Assembly (NCBI GenBank): GCA_021828295.1
Contig: JAKASF010000002.1
Location: forward strand, 407 to 64,406
Direction: 5' to 3'
Length of the DNA stretch: 64,000 bases
Origin: Candidatus Micrarchaeota archaeon
GTDB lineage: Archaea; Micrarchaeota; Micrarchaeia; Micrarchaeales; CABMGC01
Positions 1 through 7,773 of this stretch are shown one piece after another. Every line of letters begins with the position of its first letter. Position 1 is the first letter of the stretch. The notes beneath the pieces were generated by a model. The model made no database searches and was not told the DNA's origin. It saw only the letters and a list, made by a program, of their open reading frames with translations. A program made the translations under genes and the position numbers.

Positions 1-649
1 CTTTGCCCTTCGTGAACCCCTTCAGCAGCGCCTCGTACGTCTCCTCTATGGATGCACTAGAGTACTTTGAGACGGATGTTACCCTCTCCTCGACACTCTT
101 TATCAGCTTATCGGAGATCTTCTCCGCGCTCACGTTCAGCAACGAGAACATGCGCTTGACATCGGTGCTGTATAGTACGGTGCCGTGCTGCAGGAGCACG
201 CCCTGCTTCCTTGTCTGCGCGTTGCCTGATATCTTCTTGCCCTGTACGAGTATGTCGTTTATCGGGGCGAACGTGGCCTCTATGCCCAGCGTCTTCAGGC
301 CCGTGATTATCCAGTCGCAGATGAACGCGTAGCTCTCGCGTATCCCGTGCGGGAAGAGTGACTCTGGGGCTATCACGCTGTATGTTATCTCCCCGTTCAG
401 GTCGTGGTACACTGCTCCCCCGCCGGTTATCCTCCTTATGTAGTTCACGCCGAGCTCCTTGCATTTCTCTACATTCACCTCCTTCTCCATGCTCTGGAAC
501 GTGCCTATCGAGACCGCGCTTGGCTTCCACCTGTAGAACCTTATCGTGGGTTCCGCATTCCCGTCCCTTACCGCTTCCAGAATGGCCTCGTCAGTGCCCA
601 TATTCGTGTATGCGTTGTGCACTTCCAGGGGTATTACTCTCCAAGTCAT
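1..649 (-). CDS. lplA: lipoate-protein ligase A, catalytic subunit; the 3' end runs off the left edge of the window
   Basis: Own translation of the minus strand from ATG 649-647: MTWRVIPLEVHNAYTNMGTDEAILEAVRDGNAEPTIRFYRWKPSAVSIGTFQ...ITGGGAVYHD...KKISGNAQTRKQGVLLQHGT. This is a typical LplA/BPL core. It is absent from the ORF track because no stop codon lies inside the window. Confidence 0.8.
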   Translation of the reverse strand, partial: MTWRVIPLEVHNAYTNMGTDEAILEAVRDGNAEPTIRFYRWKPSAVSIGTFQSMEKEVNVEKCKELGVNYIRRITGGGAVYHDLNGEITYSVIAPESLFPHGIRESYAFICDWIITGLKTLGIEATFAPINDILVQGKKISGNAQTRKQGVLLQHGTVLYSTDVKRMFSLLNVSAEKISDKLIKSVEERVTSVSKYSSASIEETYEALLKGFTKGK

Positions 650-801
650 TCGTACCAGACTTCTTCCGCGATTTTATCATACCATTTTCTCGGTATTTTT
701 ACTTTTGTTCCATCCCTCAGTACCCTGATTACTGGCTCCTTATCCGCTTTGTCCATAATTTCTTTTTTCTCTTTCTCGGTCATTATCTTTTGTTTTGTCA
801 T
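646..801 (-). CDS. unlisted 51-aa Lys-rich ORF wedged between lplB and lplA (MTKQKIMTEKEKKEIMDKADKEPVIRVLRDGTKVKIPRKWYDKIAEEVWYE)
   Basis: Its ATG (801-799) overlaps the lplB TGA stop as ATGA. Its TGA (648-646) overlaps the lplA ATG as ATGA. It falls below the 60-aa cut-off of the ORF track. Confidence 0.45.
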   Translation of the reverse strand: MTKQKIMTEKEKKEIMDKADKEPVIRVLRDGTKVKIPRKWYDKIAEEVWYE

Positions 802-1082
802 CTTTTCGCCGCCATCCTTATCGTCTCAGCGATGGCTTCTGGGGTAACGCCTATCAGCTCCGCGTTGTTCATCGCCAGCACCTTCGCTATCTTGCCAGAG
901 ATCTCGTCCTTCTTCGCCCTCGGGCTCGTCCCGACCAGCGCCTTCTCTATCCTCGGCAGCGTCTCCTCCGGGTGCAGGAAGAAGTCCCCAAGGATCTGCA
1001 CGCTCCTTATTTTTGGCCCGTAGACCAGCCTCACGCTGACCATCTTCCCCCCAGGAACCTTCTGCTCCGCAAAACCCTCCAC
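798..1082 (-). CDS. lplB: lipoate-protein ligase C-terminal-domain subunit (LplB-like)
   Basis: The 94-aa ORF (VRLVYGPKIRSVQILGDFFLHPEE...) resembles the separate LplA C-terminal domain protein of Thermoplasma-type bipartite ligases. It sits directly upstream of lplA. Confidence 0.7.
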   Translation of the reverse strand: MEGFAEQKVPGGKMVSVRLVYGPKIRSVQILGDFFLHPEETLPRIEKALVGTSPRAKKDEISGKIAKVLAMNNAELIGVTPEAIAETIRMAAKR

Positions 1083-1132
1083 GTATCAAGTATTCGCAAA
1101 AGGTATTTAAGAATTAGGCGAGCATTCCGTGC

Positions 1133-1447
1133 ATGGCACTGCAGAAACTGGGGATAAACAGGAAGGACTTGAAGGAGGACTCTCCGACCGGTGCGGAGGC
1201 GGGAGGGAAGAAGCTCGCTATTGTGCTGCACAAGGGCAAGGTCTTTGCCATTTACGCCGTGTGCACCCACGAGGGCGGGCCGCTTGAGGAGGGCTCCATG
1301 GACGGCGACGAGATAATCTGCCCGTGGCACTCCGGCGCGTACAACATAATGAACGGCAAAGCCGATGAGAACACGAACTGGGTGCACGACACTCCTGTTT
1401 ACAAGGTTGTTGAAGGAAACGGCGGAGAGCTCTCGGTGGAGATGTAG
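1133..1447 (+). CDS. Rieske [2Fe-2S] domain ferredoxin
   Basis: CTHEGGPL ... CPWHSGAY gives the CxH...CxxH Rieske ligands. The protein is 104 aa. A TATA-like element (aaggtatttaagaa) lies about 30 nt upstream. Confidence 0.75.
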   Translation: MALQKLGINRKDLKEDSPTGAEAGGKKLAIVLHKGKVFAIYAVCTHEGGPLEEGSMDGDEIICPWHSGAYNIMNGKADENTNWVHDTPVYKVVEGNGGELSVEM

Positions 1448-2728
1448 CTACTTCCTCCACTCTGCTTCCGACTGCTTCGGTGAGTTCTCGGGATTGGAAA
1501 CGAACTCAGCGAAGGCGTCCTCGAGCCTGTCCGGGTTCCCCAGACCTATGAGTGCCGTTTCGCCTCTGCTCAGCTTCATCGCGTCGTTTATTGTTGCTAT
1601 CTCCTCTGGAGTGGCGGCCGCGTGAGGCTTCTTGTTTGTGAATGATACACAGCCGTATTTGCTGAAGAGATCGTGGTGCGGCTTGTCGTCTGTTTTGCCG
1701 CCGTTTAGCTTTATGGCAAACGCGCGGTTCTCGCCGGCTATGCCCCTCATTATCGTGGGGCTCTTGTTGCCTATGAAAACGCCGGTGACGTCGAAGATGG
1801 TGAGATGGTCGAGCACTTTGTTCTTCGTGGCGCGCTGCTGGTGTGCGGAATAGCGGCGCTGGAGCAGGATGCCGGAGCTGATCAGGAGTGCGGCTACCAC
1901 GTAGTACGGCTCGATTGGCGTGCCGAGCATGAGAAACGAGAAGAGTATTGTCATGAACGGCACCGAGAGCGCCGCATTGCCGGTGACCATCGAACCAAGG
2001 ACTTTTATCGCATAGTAGTAGACCATAGTGCCAGCCGCGTATGCGAGCACGCCCAGGAAGAGCAGTGAGATGATCACTACGGGCGTGAATGCTATGCTAA
2101 TGTTGGTTCCGGTGGCAAGCACGATCGCGGATACGGCTATGAACGAGGCGATGTTGAACAGCGCTATCGCGCCAGCGGTATCTACGTTGTACTTGTTCAT
2201 CGCAAGTATCGAGAACGAGCTACAGAGCGCAGCCAACATGAGTGCGCCCACGTAAGGCGCCTGCGCTGCGCTTATGCTGAAGAGCGTTCCGCTGCTGACT
2301 ATCAGGTACACGCCGACGAAACCTATGACTGTTGCGGCGTACTGCGCTCCCTTTACCTTCTGCCTCAGCACAAGCGGGGTGAGCAGCGCAACGAAGATCG
2401 GCCAGGTCCTATAGAGTATGGATCCTATGGAGGGGTTGGTGCCGAGCGTGCCGATTCCAAGGAAGAGCTGCGTCAGCAGGTCGTTTAGCAGCCCTGCGAC
2501 TATGATTATGCCAAGCAGGCGCGGCTGGCGCGTTACGGCCATCAAGCCTCTGCCCCTGTTGAGCGCCAAGCTTATCGCCACAGACGCTATGGTGCCTATG
2601 AGGAAACCGTAGAAGAGCTCTGGCAGTATACCTATCCTGCTGCCTCCTATCTGCAGCACTATCGACCAGAACGATACCTCGACTATGCCCAGCGTGAGTG
2701 CAATCGCTCCTTTGTAAGATGTCTTCAT
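1448..2728 (-). CDS. DMT/EamA-family membrane transporter with a ~130-aa soluble C-terminal domain of unknown family (module 1)
   Basis: About 10 predicted TM helices are followed by IFDVTG...GENRAFAIKL...ALIGLGNPDRLEDAFAEF. It is a paralogue of 33608-34873 with the same tail. Confidence 0.7.
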   Translation of the reverse strand: MKTSYKGAIALTLGIVEVSFWSIVLQIGGSRIGILPELFYGFLIGTIASVAISLALNRGRGLMAVTRQPRLLGIIIVAGLLNDLLTQLFLGIGTLGTNPSIGSILYRTWPIFVALLTPLVLRQKVKGAQYAATVIGFVGVYLIVSSGTLFSISAAQAPYVGALMLAALCSSFSILAMNKYNVDTAGAIALFNIASFIAVSAIVLATGTNISIAFTPVVIISLLFLGVLAYAAGTMVYYYAIKVLGSMVTGNAALSVPFMTILFSFLMLGTPIEPYYVVAALLISSGILLQRRYSAHQQRATKNKVLDHLTIFDVTGVFIGNKSPTIMRGIAGENRAFAIKLNGGKTDDKPHHDLFSKYGCVSFTNKKPHAAATPEEIATINDAMKLSRGETALIGLGNPDRLEDAFAEFVSNPENSPKQSEAEWRK

Positions 2729-2767
2729 CAGTTAGTATTGGTGAATGGCCTATAATAATCATGCATA

Positions 2768-2793
2768 AATCTGGAAATTTGTTTCCATAGATT
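2768..2793. promoter_or_regulatory. imperfect palindrome AATCT-GGAAA-TTTG-TTTCC-AT-AGATT in the divergent promoter region between transporter and regulator
   Basis: Read directly from the sequence. It lies just upstream of a TATA-like ggatttttatacc and of the regulator start. Confidence 0.3.
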
Positions 2794-2827
2794 GCGGATT
2801 TTTATACCTTGTGTGAGCACCCATATC

Positions 2828-3844
2828 ATGGCAGAAGAAGTGCCTATCTTCACAAACAGGGACAGGATGCTACTGATGGAGCTGAGCGCCGATGCGAGGG
2901 CGAGCCTGACGCACCTTGCAAAGGTCGCCGACTGCTCCGTTGCTACGGCAGCGAAACTTGTTGACAGGCTCACCAGGGCATTGGACATAAGGTTCACGCT
3001 GGAGATAGATATGGACAGGCTCGGCTTCCCGGAGAGGCACATATTGATGCTAAAGTTCAGGAGGAAACCGACAGAGGAGTTCCTGAGGGACTTCTTCAAG
3101 AACGACACGTACGCGCAAGACGTATACCTGGCGAAGGGCGACTTCGACCTGCTCGTATTTGCAGCTGCTGACACGCCGATAAACTACATAAAGTGGGAGA
3201 CGGGCCTGGCGGCTGCACTGTCGGATTATGTGCCGGAGCTCAGGCCCTCGGAGTTCGTCTTCCCGCAGCTCGGCTACGTCCCGCTGGGTGACAACTTCGT
3301 CGACTTCATACGCGAGGAGATCAAGACGGACAGGAAGGACAGGCAGATACTCAGGGAGTTGAACAGGAACTCTAGAATAGGCTACAGGGAGCTGGCTCGC
3401 CTCACGGGCATGAACGAGGACACGATAAGGTACAGGGTCTTCAAGCTGGTCAAGAGGAAGATAGTGAGAAGATTTACCGTTGCGGTGCAGAAGCCAGGTT
3501 ACGGCAGCCTCATCGCCTACTTCCTCAGGTACAGGTTCGGCAAGGAGACGACAACGAGCGCTTTCCCGCAGATGCGAAACCGCTACATGAGCGAAGGCGG
3601 GAAGACGCCGCTGTTGAACACCTACCCTATGATAGCCCCGATAAGCGGAAGTTACAGGTCCTTTGGGATGGCCTTCGACAGGGAGTCGAAGCGGTCGCTG
3701 TACGACGCTGTCAAGTGGCACACGATACTGCTCAAGAAGGAGGAGATAATAGAGCGGCATGCGCTCATCACGAAGACCATCAAGGGACTACTTCCGCTCA
3801 GGAACCTTGATCCGAAGGCAAACTACAGGTTCATATGGACATAG
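2828..3844 (+). CDS. tandem (two-unit) Lrp/AsnC-like transcriptional regulator (module 1)
   Basis: Two HTH plus ligand-domain repeats are present (RDRMLLMELSADARASLTHLAK..., DRQILRELNRNSRIGYRELARLTG...). It is homologous to 32511-33509 (KGDFDLL, LG(F/Y)VPL). ATG 2828 is preferred over the TTG at 2792. Confidence 0.7.
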   Translation: MAEEVPIFTNRDRMLLMELSADARASLTHLAKVADCSVATAAKLVDRLTRALDIRFTLEIDMDRLGFPERHILMLKFRRKPTEEFLRDFFKNDTYAQDVYLAKGDFDLLVFAAADTPINYIKWETGLAAALSDYVPELRPSEFVFPQLGYVPLGDNFVDFIREEIKTDRKDRQILRELNRNSRIGYRELARLTGMNEDTIRYRVFKLVKRKIVRRFTVAVQKPGYGSLIAYFLRYRFGKETTTSAFPQMRNRYMSEGGKTPLLNTYPMIAPISGSYRSFGMAFDRESKRSLYDAVKWHTILLKKEEIIERHALITKTIKGLLPLRNLDPKANYRFIWT

Positions 3845-4110
3845 GCGTTTCGACGGCTTTGATGAAGAAATCCGAAATTATTGCAAATAAAATACGAAAA
3901 TAAATAAGGTATTAATATGATTCCAAGCATATTCTCTGCATGGGAAGGGTGTTTCTGGGCAGGTGGCATACCGTGTCTTATCCTGATGCTACTTCTACGA
4001 TCTCATTACCCACTCTCGAGACTCGCGCCCTTGCCTTTCCCATGCCCACCCAATAGGCGGCAGGGAGTCCTATGCGCAACGAAAAAGAGAGAAGCACATC
4101 GCATACTGGA

Positions 4111-4353
4111 ATGGCAAAACCGCTCTTCCTTCTTATAGAACCCAAAGACCTTGGCGATTCCGGAGAGATTGCGAAGAGGATCGCGGATTGCAAAGGCGTC
4201 AAGGAGGTACACCTGACAAGCGGGAATTACGGCTTCGTCGTTTCCGCGAACGCGGGCACCGAGGGCGATGTGAAGCAGATAAGGTCAAACGTAAGAAAAG
4301 CGTCAAAGAGCAGGGCGGTCAAGGTGGCTCTGAGCCATTTTGTTTACAGGTAG
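4111..4353 (+). CDS. stand-alone Lrp/AsnC ligand-binding (RAM) domain protein (module 1)
   Basis: MAKPLFLLIEPKDLGDSGEIAKRIADCKGVKEVHLTSGNYGFVVSANAGTEGDV has a RAM-domain pattern. It is a paralogue of 31942-32250. The start could alternatively be 4072. Confidence 0.6.
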   Translation: MAKPLFLLIEPKDLGDSGEIAKRIADCKGVKEVHLTSGNYGFVVSANAGTEGDVKQIRSNVRKASKSRAVKVALSHFVYR

Positions 4354-4358
4354 AGCCA

Positions 4359-4499
4359 ATGAGGCGCCTATTTTCCGCTTTAATCAGCGATCGTCCCAAA
4401 GCTTCGCAGCCCCCTGAGGGTCTGAAACTGGATGAGGGCAGGCCAGTAAAGTTTGTGCAGGAGAAAGAGAACGTCTGGAGGGTCGTCTACGCTGACTAA
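4359..4499 (+). CDS. 46-aa mini-protein ending ...RPVKFVQEKENVWRVVYAD (module 1)
   Basis: This is the internal ATG of track ORF 4188-4499, 5 nt after the preceding stop. The C-terminal ~34 aa are conserved with 32247-32480. Confidence 0.45.
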   Translation: MRRLFSALISDRPKASQPPEGLKLDEGRPVKFVQEKENVWRVVYAD

Positions 4500-4522
4500 G
4501 TTGATTTCCGAAAGTTTAAAAT

Positions 4523-4550
4523 ATCTGTATGCTGTATATAGTATACAGAT
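4523..4550. promoter_or_regulatory. CTGTAT(A) repeat/palindrome (atctgtat-g-ctgtata-tag-tatacagat) overlapping a TATA-like element upstream of vapB
   Basis: The arms atctgta/tacagat and ctgtata/tatacag were read directly. The element ends 3 nt before the vapB ATG. Confidence 0.3.
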
Positions 4551-4553
4551 AAT

Positions 4554-4772
4554 ATGAAGACGCTGATGATAGAGGATAGAGTGTACAGAAAACTGCGTGC
4601 GGTCAAAGGCACAAGGAGCTTCAGCAAGCTGCTCGATGCGCTTGTTGAGGAATCGAGGAGTATAAAGAAGGCAAAGCTGCGAAGGGCCTTCGGGACCTTG
4701 AGCAAGGAGAAGGCAGAGGATATTGGGTACGCCATAAATGAGATAAGGAAAAACTTCAAGGTCAGGGTATGA
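4554..4772 (+). CDS. vapB: VapB-type antitoxin
   Basis: This 72-aa protein (MKTLMIEDRVYRKLRAVKGTRSFSKLLDALVEE) is a typical archaeal PIN-partner antitoxin. Its stop overlaps the vapC ATG (ATGA). Confidence 0.65.
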   Translation: MKTLMIEDRVYRKLRAVKGTRSFSKLLDALVEESRSIKKAKLRRAFGTLSKEKAEDIGYAINEIRKNFKVRV

Positions 4773-5164
4773 ATATTTTGCTTGATTCTTCGGCTATAAT
4801 ATCCTACCTCAGAGGAAACGAGGAGCTGCGAAATATCATCGAGTCTGCGGACGAGGTGCTCACAAGCTCGCTGTGCGCATACGAGGTGCTTGAGGGCGAG
4901 AACTATTCCAGAATCAAGAGGAACAGGACCGGGAACGAGGTCGCGACTTTCCTAGAAGACACAACGATTGTTCCACTAGATCGGAAAGACGCGGAGATAG
5001 CGGCTGAAGCGCAGGCAAGGCTGATGGTGAAAGGCCTAGAACAGAACGCAATCGACGTCTTGATCGGAGCCAGCGCTGTGAGAAACGAGGTTGAGCTGAT
5101 CACCAGAGACGGCGACTATGAGGTAATGCAGGAAGTGCTTGGTCTCAAGTTCAGGAAAGTCTGA
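4769..5164 (+). CDS. vapC: PIN-domain ribonuclease toxin VapC
   Basis: The protein is 131 aa. MNILLDSSAIISYL gives the N-terminal acidic D. The other PIN acidic positions are present (E in YEVLEG, D in ITRDGDY). Confidence 0.85.
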   Translation: MNILLDSSAIISYLRGNEELRNIIESADEVLTSSLCAYEVLEGENYSRIKRNRTGNEVATFLEDTTIVPLDRKDAEIAAEAQARLMVKGLEQNAIDVLIGASAVRNEVELITRDGDYEVMQEVLGLKFRKV

Positions 5165-5174
5165 TTGGCCGTTT

Positions 5175-6536
5175 TCATTTTCCGTAGAAGTAGTGTATAG
5201 ACCTGCCGAGCGCGGCCTCTGCGGCTTCCTGCAGCGCCTCGCTGTATGTCGGGTGCGGGTGTATAGAATCGGCTATGTCCTCCAGCGTGGCCCCCATCTC
5301 GATGGCCACCACGGCCTCGCCTATTATGTCCCCGGCGTCGTCGGACACGATCTCCACTCCGCGGACTACGTTGTTCTCGTCTGCGGCTATCTTGACAAAG
5401 CCGTTGGTGGCCTTGAGAGCTACCGCCCTGCCCAGCGCGGTGAGCGGGAATTTTGTGACCTTGAGCCCCTCGCCCTCTATCTCTCCGGCTATGGCTATCT
5501 CAGGGTCTGAGAAGATCACCGCGGGCACAACGATGTTGTCGTAGCCTGCATTCTTCCCTGCGGCCACCTCGGCCGCAACAACACCCTGGCGCATCGCCTT
5601 GTGCGCTAGCAGCGGGTCGCCGATGACATCGCCTATTGCCAGTATGTTCGGGTCCGTTGTTCTGAGCGCGTTGTCCACCTTGATGAAACCCCTCTCGTCG
5701 AGCTTGACCTGAGTGCTCGCGAGGCCCAGGCCCTCGGTGTAGGGCGATAGGCCTACTGCCACGACTATCAGTGACGCGAAGACCCGCTTGCCGTCGCTCA
5801 GCGTAACGGCGTTGGGGTCGTAGGACACTGGGGTCACGCCCGTGTACACCTTTATCCCCAGCTCGTCCATCTTCTTCTTCACCAGCTCTATCGCATCCCT
5901 GTCGAAGTGCGAGAGAACATCCGACCTGGCGACTATCGAGACCCTGGTGCCGAGCTTGGCGTAGAGCATCCCCAGCTCTACGGCCACGTAGCCGGCGCCG
6001 AGTATGACCATGGTCTCCGGTACGTAGTCTAGCAGGAGCGCCTGCTTGTAGTCCAGTATCCTGTCGTTGAACTCGAAGCCCTTGAGCACGGTTGGCTCCG
6101 AGCCGGTGGCTATTATCGCCTTCTCGAAGTCTATCGATCCGCCGCCGCCTATCTGGAGGCTGCTCGAGGATGTGAATACGGCAGTGCCCTTCACAACCTC
6201 CACCCCGTTGGACTTGCAGAGGAAGCCGACTCCGTTCTCGAGCTTCGCAGAGGCTTCGACGCGCCACTTGTTCAGCTCCGCGGCATCGATGTGTATCTCG
6301 CCAACGTGTATGCCGAAGTCTTCAGCATGCTGTATCTCGTAGAACATGTCCGCTACTTTGATCATTGTCTTGGAGGGTATGCAGGCGTAGTTGAGGCAGT
6401 GCCCCCCGAGTTTCTCCTTCTCTATCAGCGCGACGTGCTTGCCGAGCTGGGCAGCGTGTATCGCAGCGAAGTAGCCGCCCACGCCGCCGCCTATGACCGC
6501 GACGTCGACAGCCTCTGGAAGTGAGCCCATTACCAT
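5175..6536 (-). CDS. lpd: dihydrolipoyl dehydrogenase (E3)
   Basis: GGGVGGYFAAIHAAQLG gives the FAD fold. GGHCLNYACIPSK gives the redox disulfide. The C-terminal dimerisation His-Pro motif (HPHPTYSE) is present. Confidence 0.95.
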   Translation of the reverse strand: MVMGSLPEAVDVAVIGGGVGGYFAAIHAAQLGKHVALIEKEKLGGHCLNYACIPSKTMIKVADMFYEIQHAEDFGIHVGEIHIDAAELNKWRVEASAKLENGVGFLCKSNGVEVVKGTAVFTSSSSLQIGGGGSIDFEKAIIATGSEPTVLKGFEFNDRILDYKQALLLDYVPETMVILGAGYVAVELGMLYAKLGTRVSIVARSDVLSHFDRDAIELVKKKMDELGIKVYTGVTPVSYDPNAVTLSDGKRVFASLIVVAVGLSPYTEGLGLASTQVKLDERGFIKVDNALRTTDPNILAIGDVIGDPLLAHKAMRQGVVAAEVAAGKNAGYDNIVVPAVIFSDPEIAIAGEIEGEGLKVTKFPLTALGRAVALKATNGFVKIAADENNVVRGVEIVSDDAGDIIGEAVVAIEMGATLEDIADSIHPHPTYSEALQEAAEAALGRSIHYFYGK

Positions 6537-6968
6537 TTACTTACCATCGATCTTGATTAATGAAACCACGAAACTGATTAGGCTTTCGGCATCTTTTATA
6601 GCTTGGGCCGCGTCCAGTTCGCCAGATAATTCAGTGCTATACTGGATTGAATGCCTTGTCAGCCTGTAGGAGTCCAGAACGTTGAGCCAGTCCTGCAATT
6701 CCTTATTGTCCTTATACAATTCTCTCAGTGCCTCTATCATTGCAAGGTGGCTCCTTTCCTTATAGCCTTTCTCGAACAGCAGCACCCTGGCTGAATGAAA
6801 CATCGCCATATAGGCGAGCAGCATGGAGACATCTGAAAAGCCCATTTCCTGATTGCTTTTGGCTCGTTTGAGGAAGTGCTTGGCTATCAGAATTGAACCC
6901 TTTATCTTGGCGGGATCCCTTGACTGCCTGCTTATGAGCTGTTTTTTGATGAGTTCATCAAGTTTCAA
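6537..6968 (-). CDS. HEPN-domain protein (toxin partner of the upstream nucleotidyltransferase)
   Basis: Helical HEPN pattern with RLTRHSIQY (Rx4-6H). The likely TTG start (6968-6966) overlaps the MNT TGA stop. Track ORF 6537-7049 would overlap the MNT gene by 85 nt. Confidence 0.75.
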   Translation of the reverse strand: MKLDELIKKQLISRQSRDPAKIKGSILIAKHFLKRAKSNQEMGFSDVSMLLAYMAMFHSARVLLFEKGYKERSHLAMIEALRELYKDNKELQDWLNVLDSYRLTRHSIQYSTELSGELDAAQAIKDAESLISFVVSLIKIDGK

Positions 6969-7510
6969 GGCAATACACCATACAAGACCAGATGATTCTT
7001 TGACACCGAAAGATAAAAAGCGTCCTTTTTCTCCCCGAGGCTCCTCCACCTTCCGATGCTCATGATTTCAATGTGTACCTCTCTGCCCAACAGCCTCTCG
7101 ATATCTTTGATACCGCCCAGATCAAGCTTGGGCGAACCGGATATTGCAAGAAGGTCTATATCGCTGCTCTTGTCGTATTCGCCGGATGCGGCGCTGCCGT
7201 AAAGCGCCAAGCCGGTAAGGCCTGCGTTCTTTTCCGCAATCCCGCTGACCTTCGGGAATATCTTCATGAGCAGGTAGGCTCTTTTCAGCTCGCGTGTCAG
7301 TGGCGTATCTGCAAGCGCATAGAGCGATGCGTTGCCTACGCTCTCCTTGTCGAGCACGCCCTCGCTCTCGTAGAAGCGCGAGTACCTCTGCGCGGTCTGC
7401 GGGCTTACCCTGAGCAGCCTAGACAACTCTTTTATGTAGGCCCTGTTGCCGTTCAGGAAGAACTCCAGCACGGTCCAGCCCTTGAATTTGTGCCATTCGT
7501 CGATTATCAT
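6965..7510 (-). CDS. minimal nucleotidyltransferase (MNT) with N-terminal wHTH; antitoxin partner of HEPN
   Basis: LALYGSAASGEYDKSSDIDLLAI matches the GSx10-DxD NTase motif. An N-terminal wHTH is present (IKELSRLLRVSPQTAQRY). Confidence 0.8.
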   Translation of the reverse strand: MIIDEWHKFKGWTVLEFFLNGNRAYIKELSRLLRVSPQTAQRYSRFYESEGVLDKESVGNASLYALADTPLTRELKRAYLLMKIFPKVSGIAEKNAGLTGLALYGSAASGEYDKSSDIDLLAISGSPKLDLGGIKDIERLLGREVHIEIMSIGRWRSLGEKKDAFYLSVSKNHLVLYGVLP

Positions 7511-7520
7511 GATTTACCAT

Positions 7521-7560
7521 ACTATCGTTTGATATATAATACTATCGTTTGATATATAAT
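7521..7560. repeat. perfect 2 x 20-bp tandem repeat actatcgtttgatatataat, a duplicated TATA-containing promoter segment of the MNT-HEPN(-lpd) unit
   Basis: Copies at 7521-7540 and 7541-7560 are identical. On the minus strand the proximal ttatatat lies about 30 nt upstream of the MNT ATG (7510). Confidence 0.9.
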
Positions 7561-7590
7561 AAATTACATTTCAGGGTTCAGTACGGCCAA

Positions 7591-7655
7591 GTGGCCACCA
7601 CTCCGCAGCCTATCACCGCGACGTCTACAGCCTCTGGAAGAGAGCCCATTACCAT
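7591..7655 (-). pseudogene. relic copy of the lpd 5' end (ATG plus 16 identical codons, then frameshift and stop)
   Basis: 7591-7655 aligns with 6471-6536 at about 58/66 identical with one gap. It translates to MVMGSLPEAVDVAVIGCGVVATWPY*, against the Lpd N-terminus MVMGSLPEAVDVAVIGGGVGG. Confidence 0.75.
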
Positions 7656-7773
7656 AAATTCAGGAATACAGCACGAGCAAATCTTAATTAGCTAACGCTG
7701 GACCAAAGCCGTCCAAAACGAATTCACAGATATTTTAATAACCAGTGAATCCACATAGGCTTGAGGGGGAAGC

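Noticed and set aside
3917-4138. A 73-aa ORF, and possible structured RNA, lie in the 266-bp gap between the module-1 regulator and the RAM-domain gene.
   Set aside because: The translation is Cys/Pro/Leu-rich and not protein-like, and it overlaps the start of the RAM gene. I found no convincing conserved RNA motif or extended pairing. It is left unannotated.
4501-4515. A possible decayed copy of the lpd 3' end (ttgatttccgaaagt versus ttcattttccgtagaagt at 5174-5191) lies on the far side of the VapBC pair. It would make VapBC another terminus-duplication cassette.
   Set aside because: Only about 14 matches in 18 columns with three gaps, in T-rich sequence. That is too short to distinguish from chance without statistics or comparative data.
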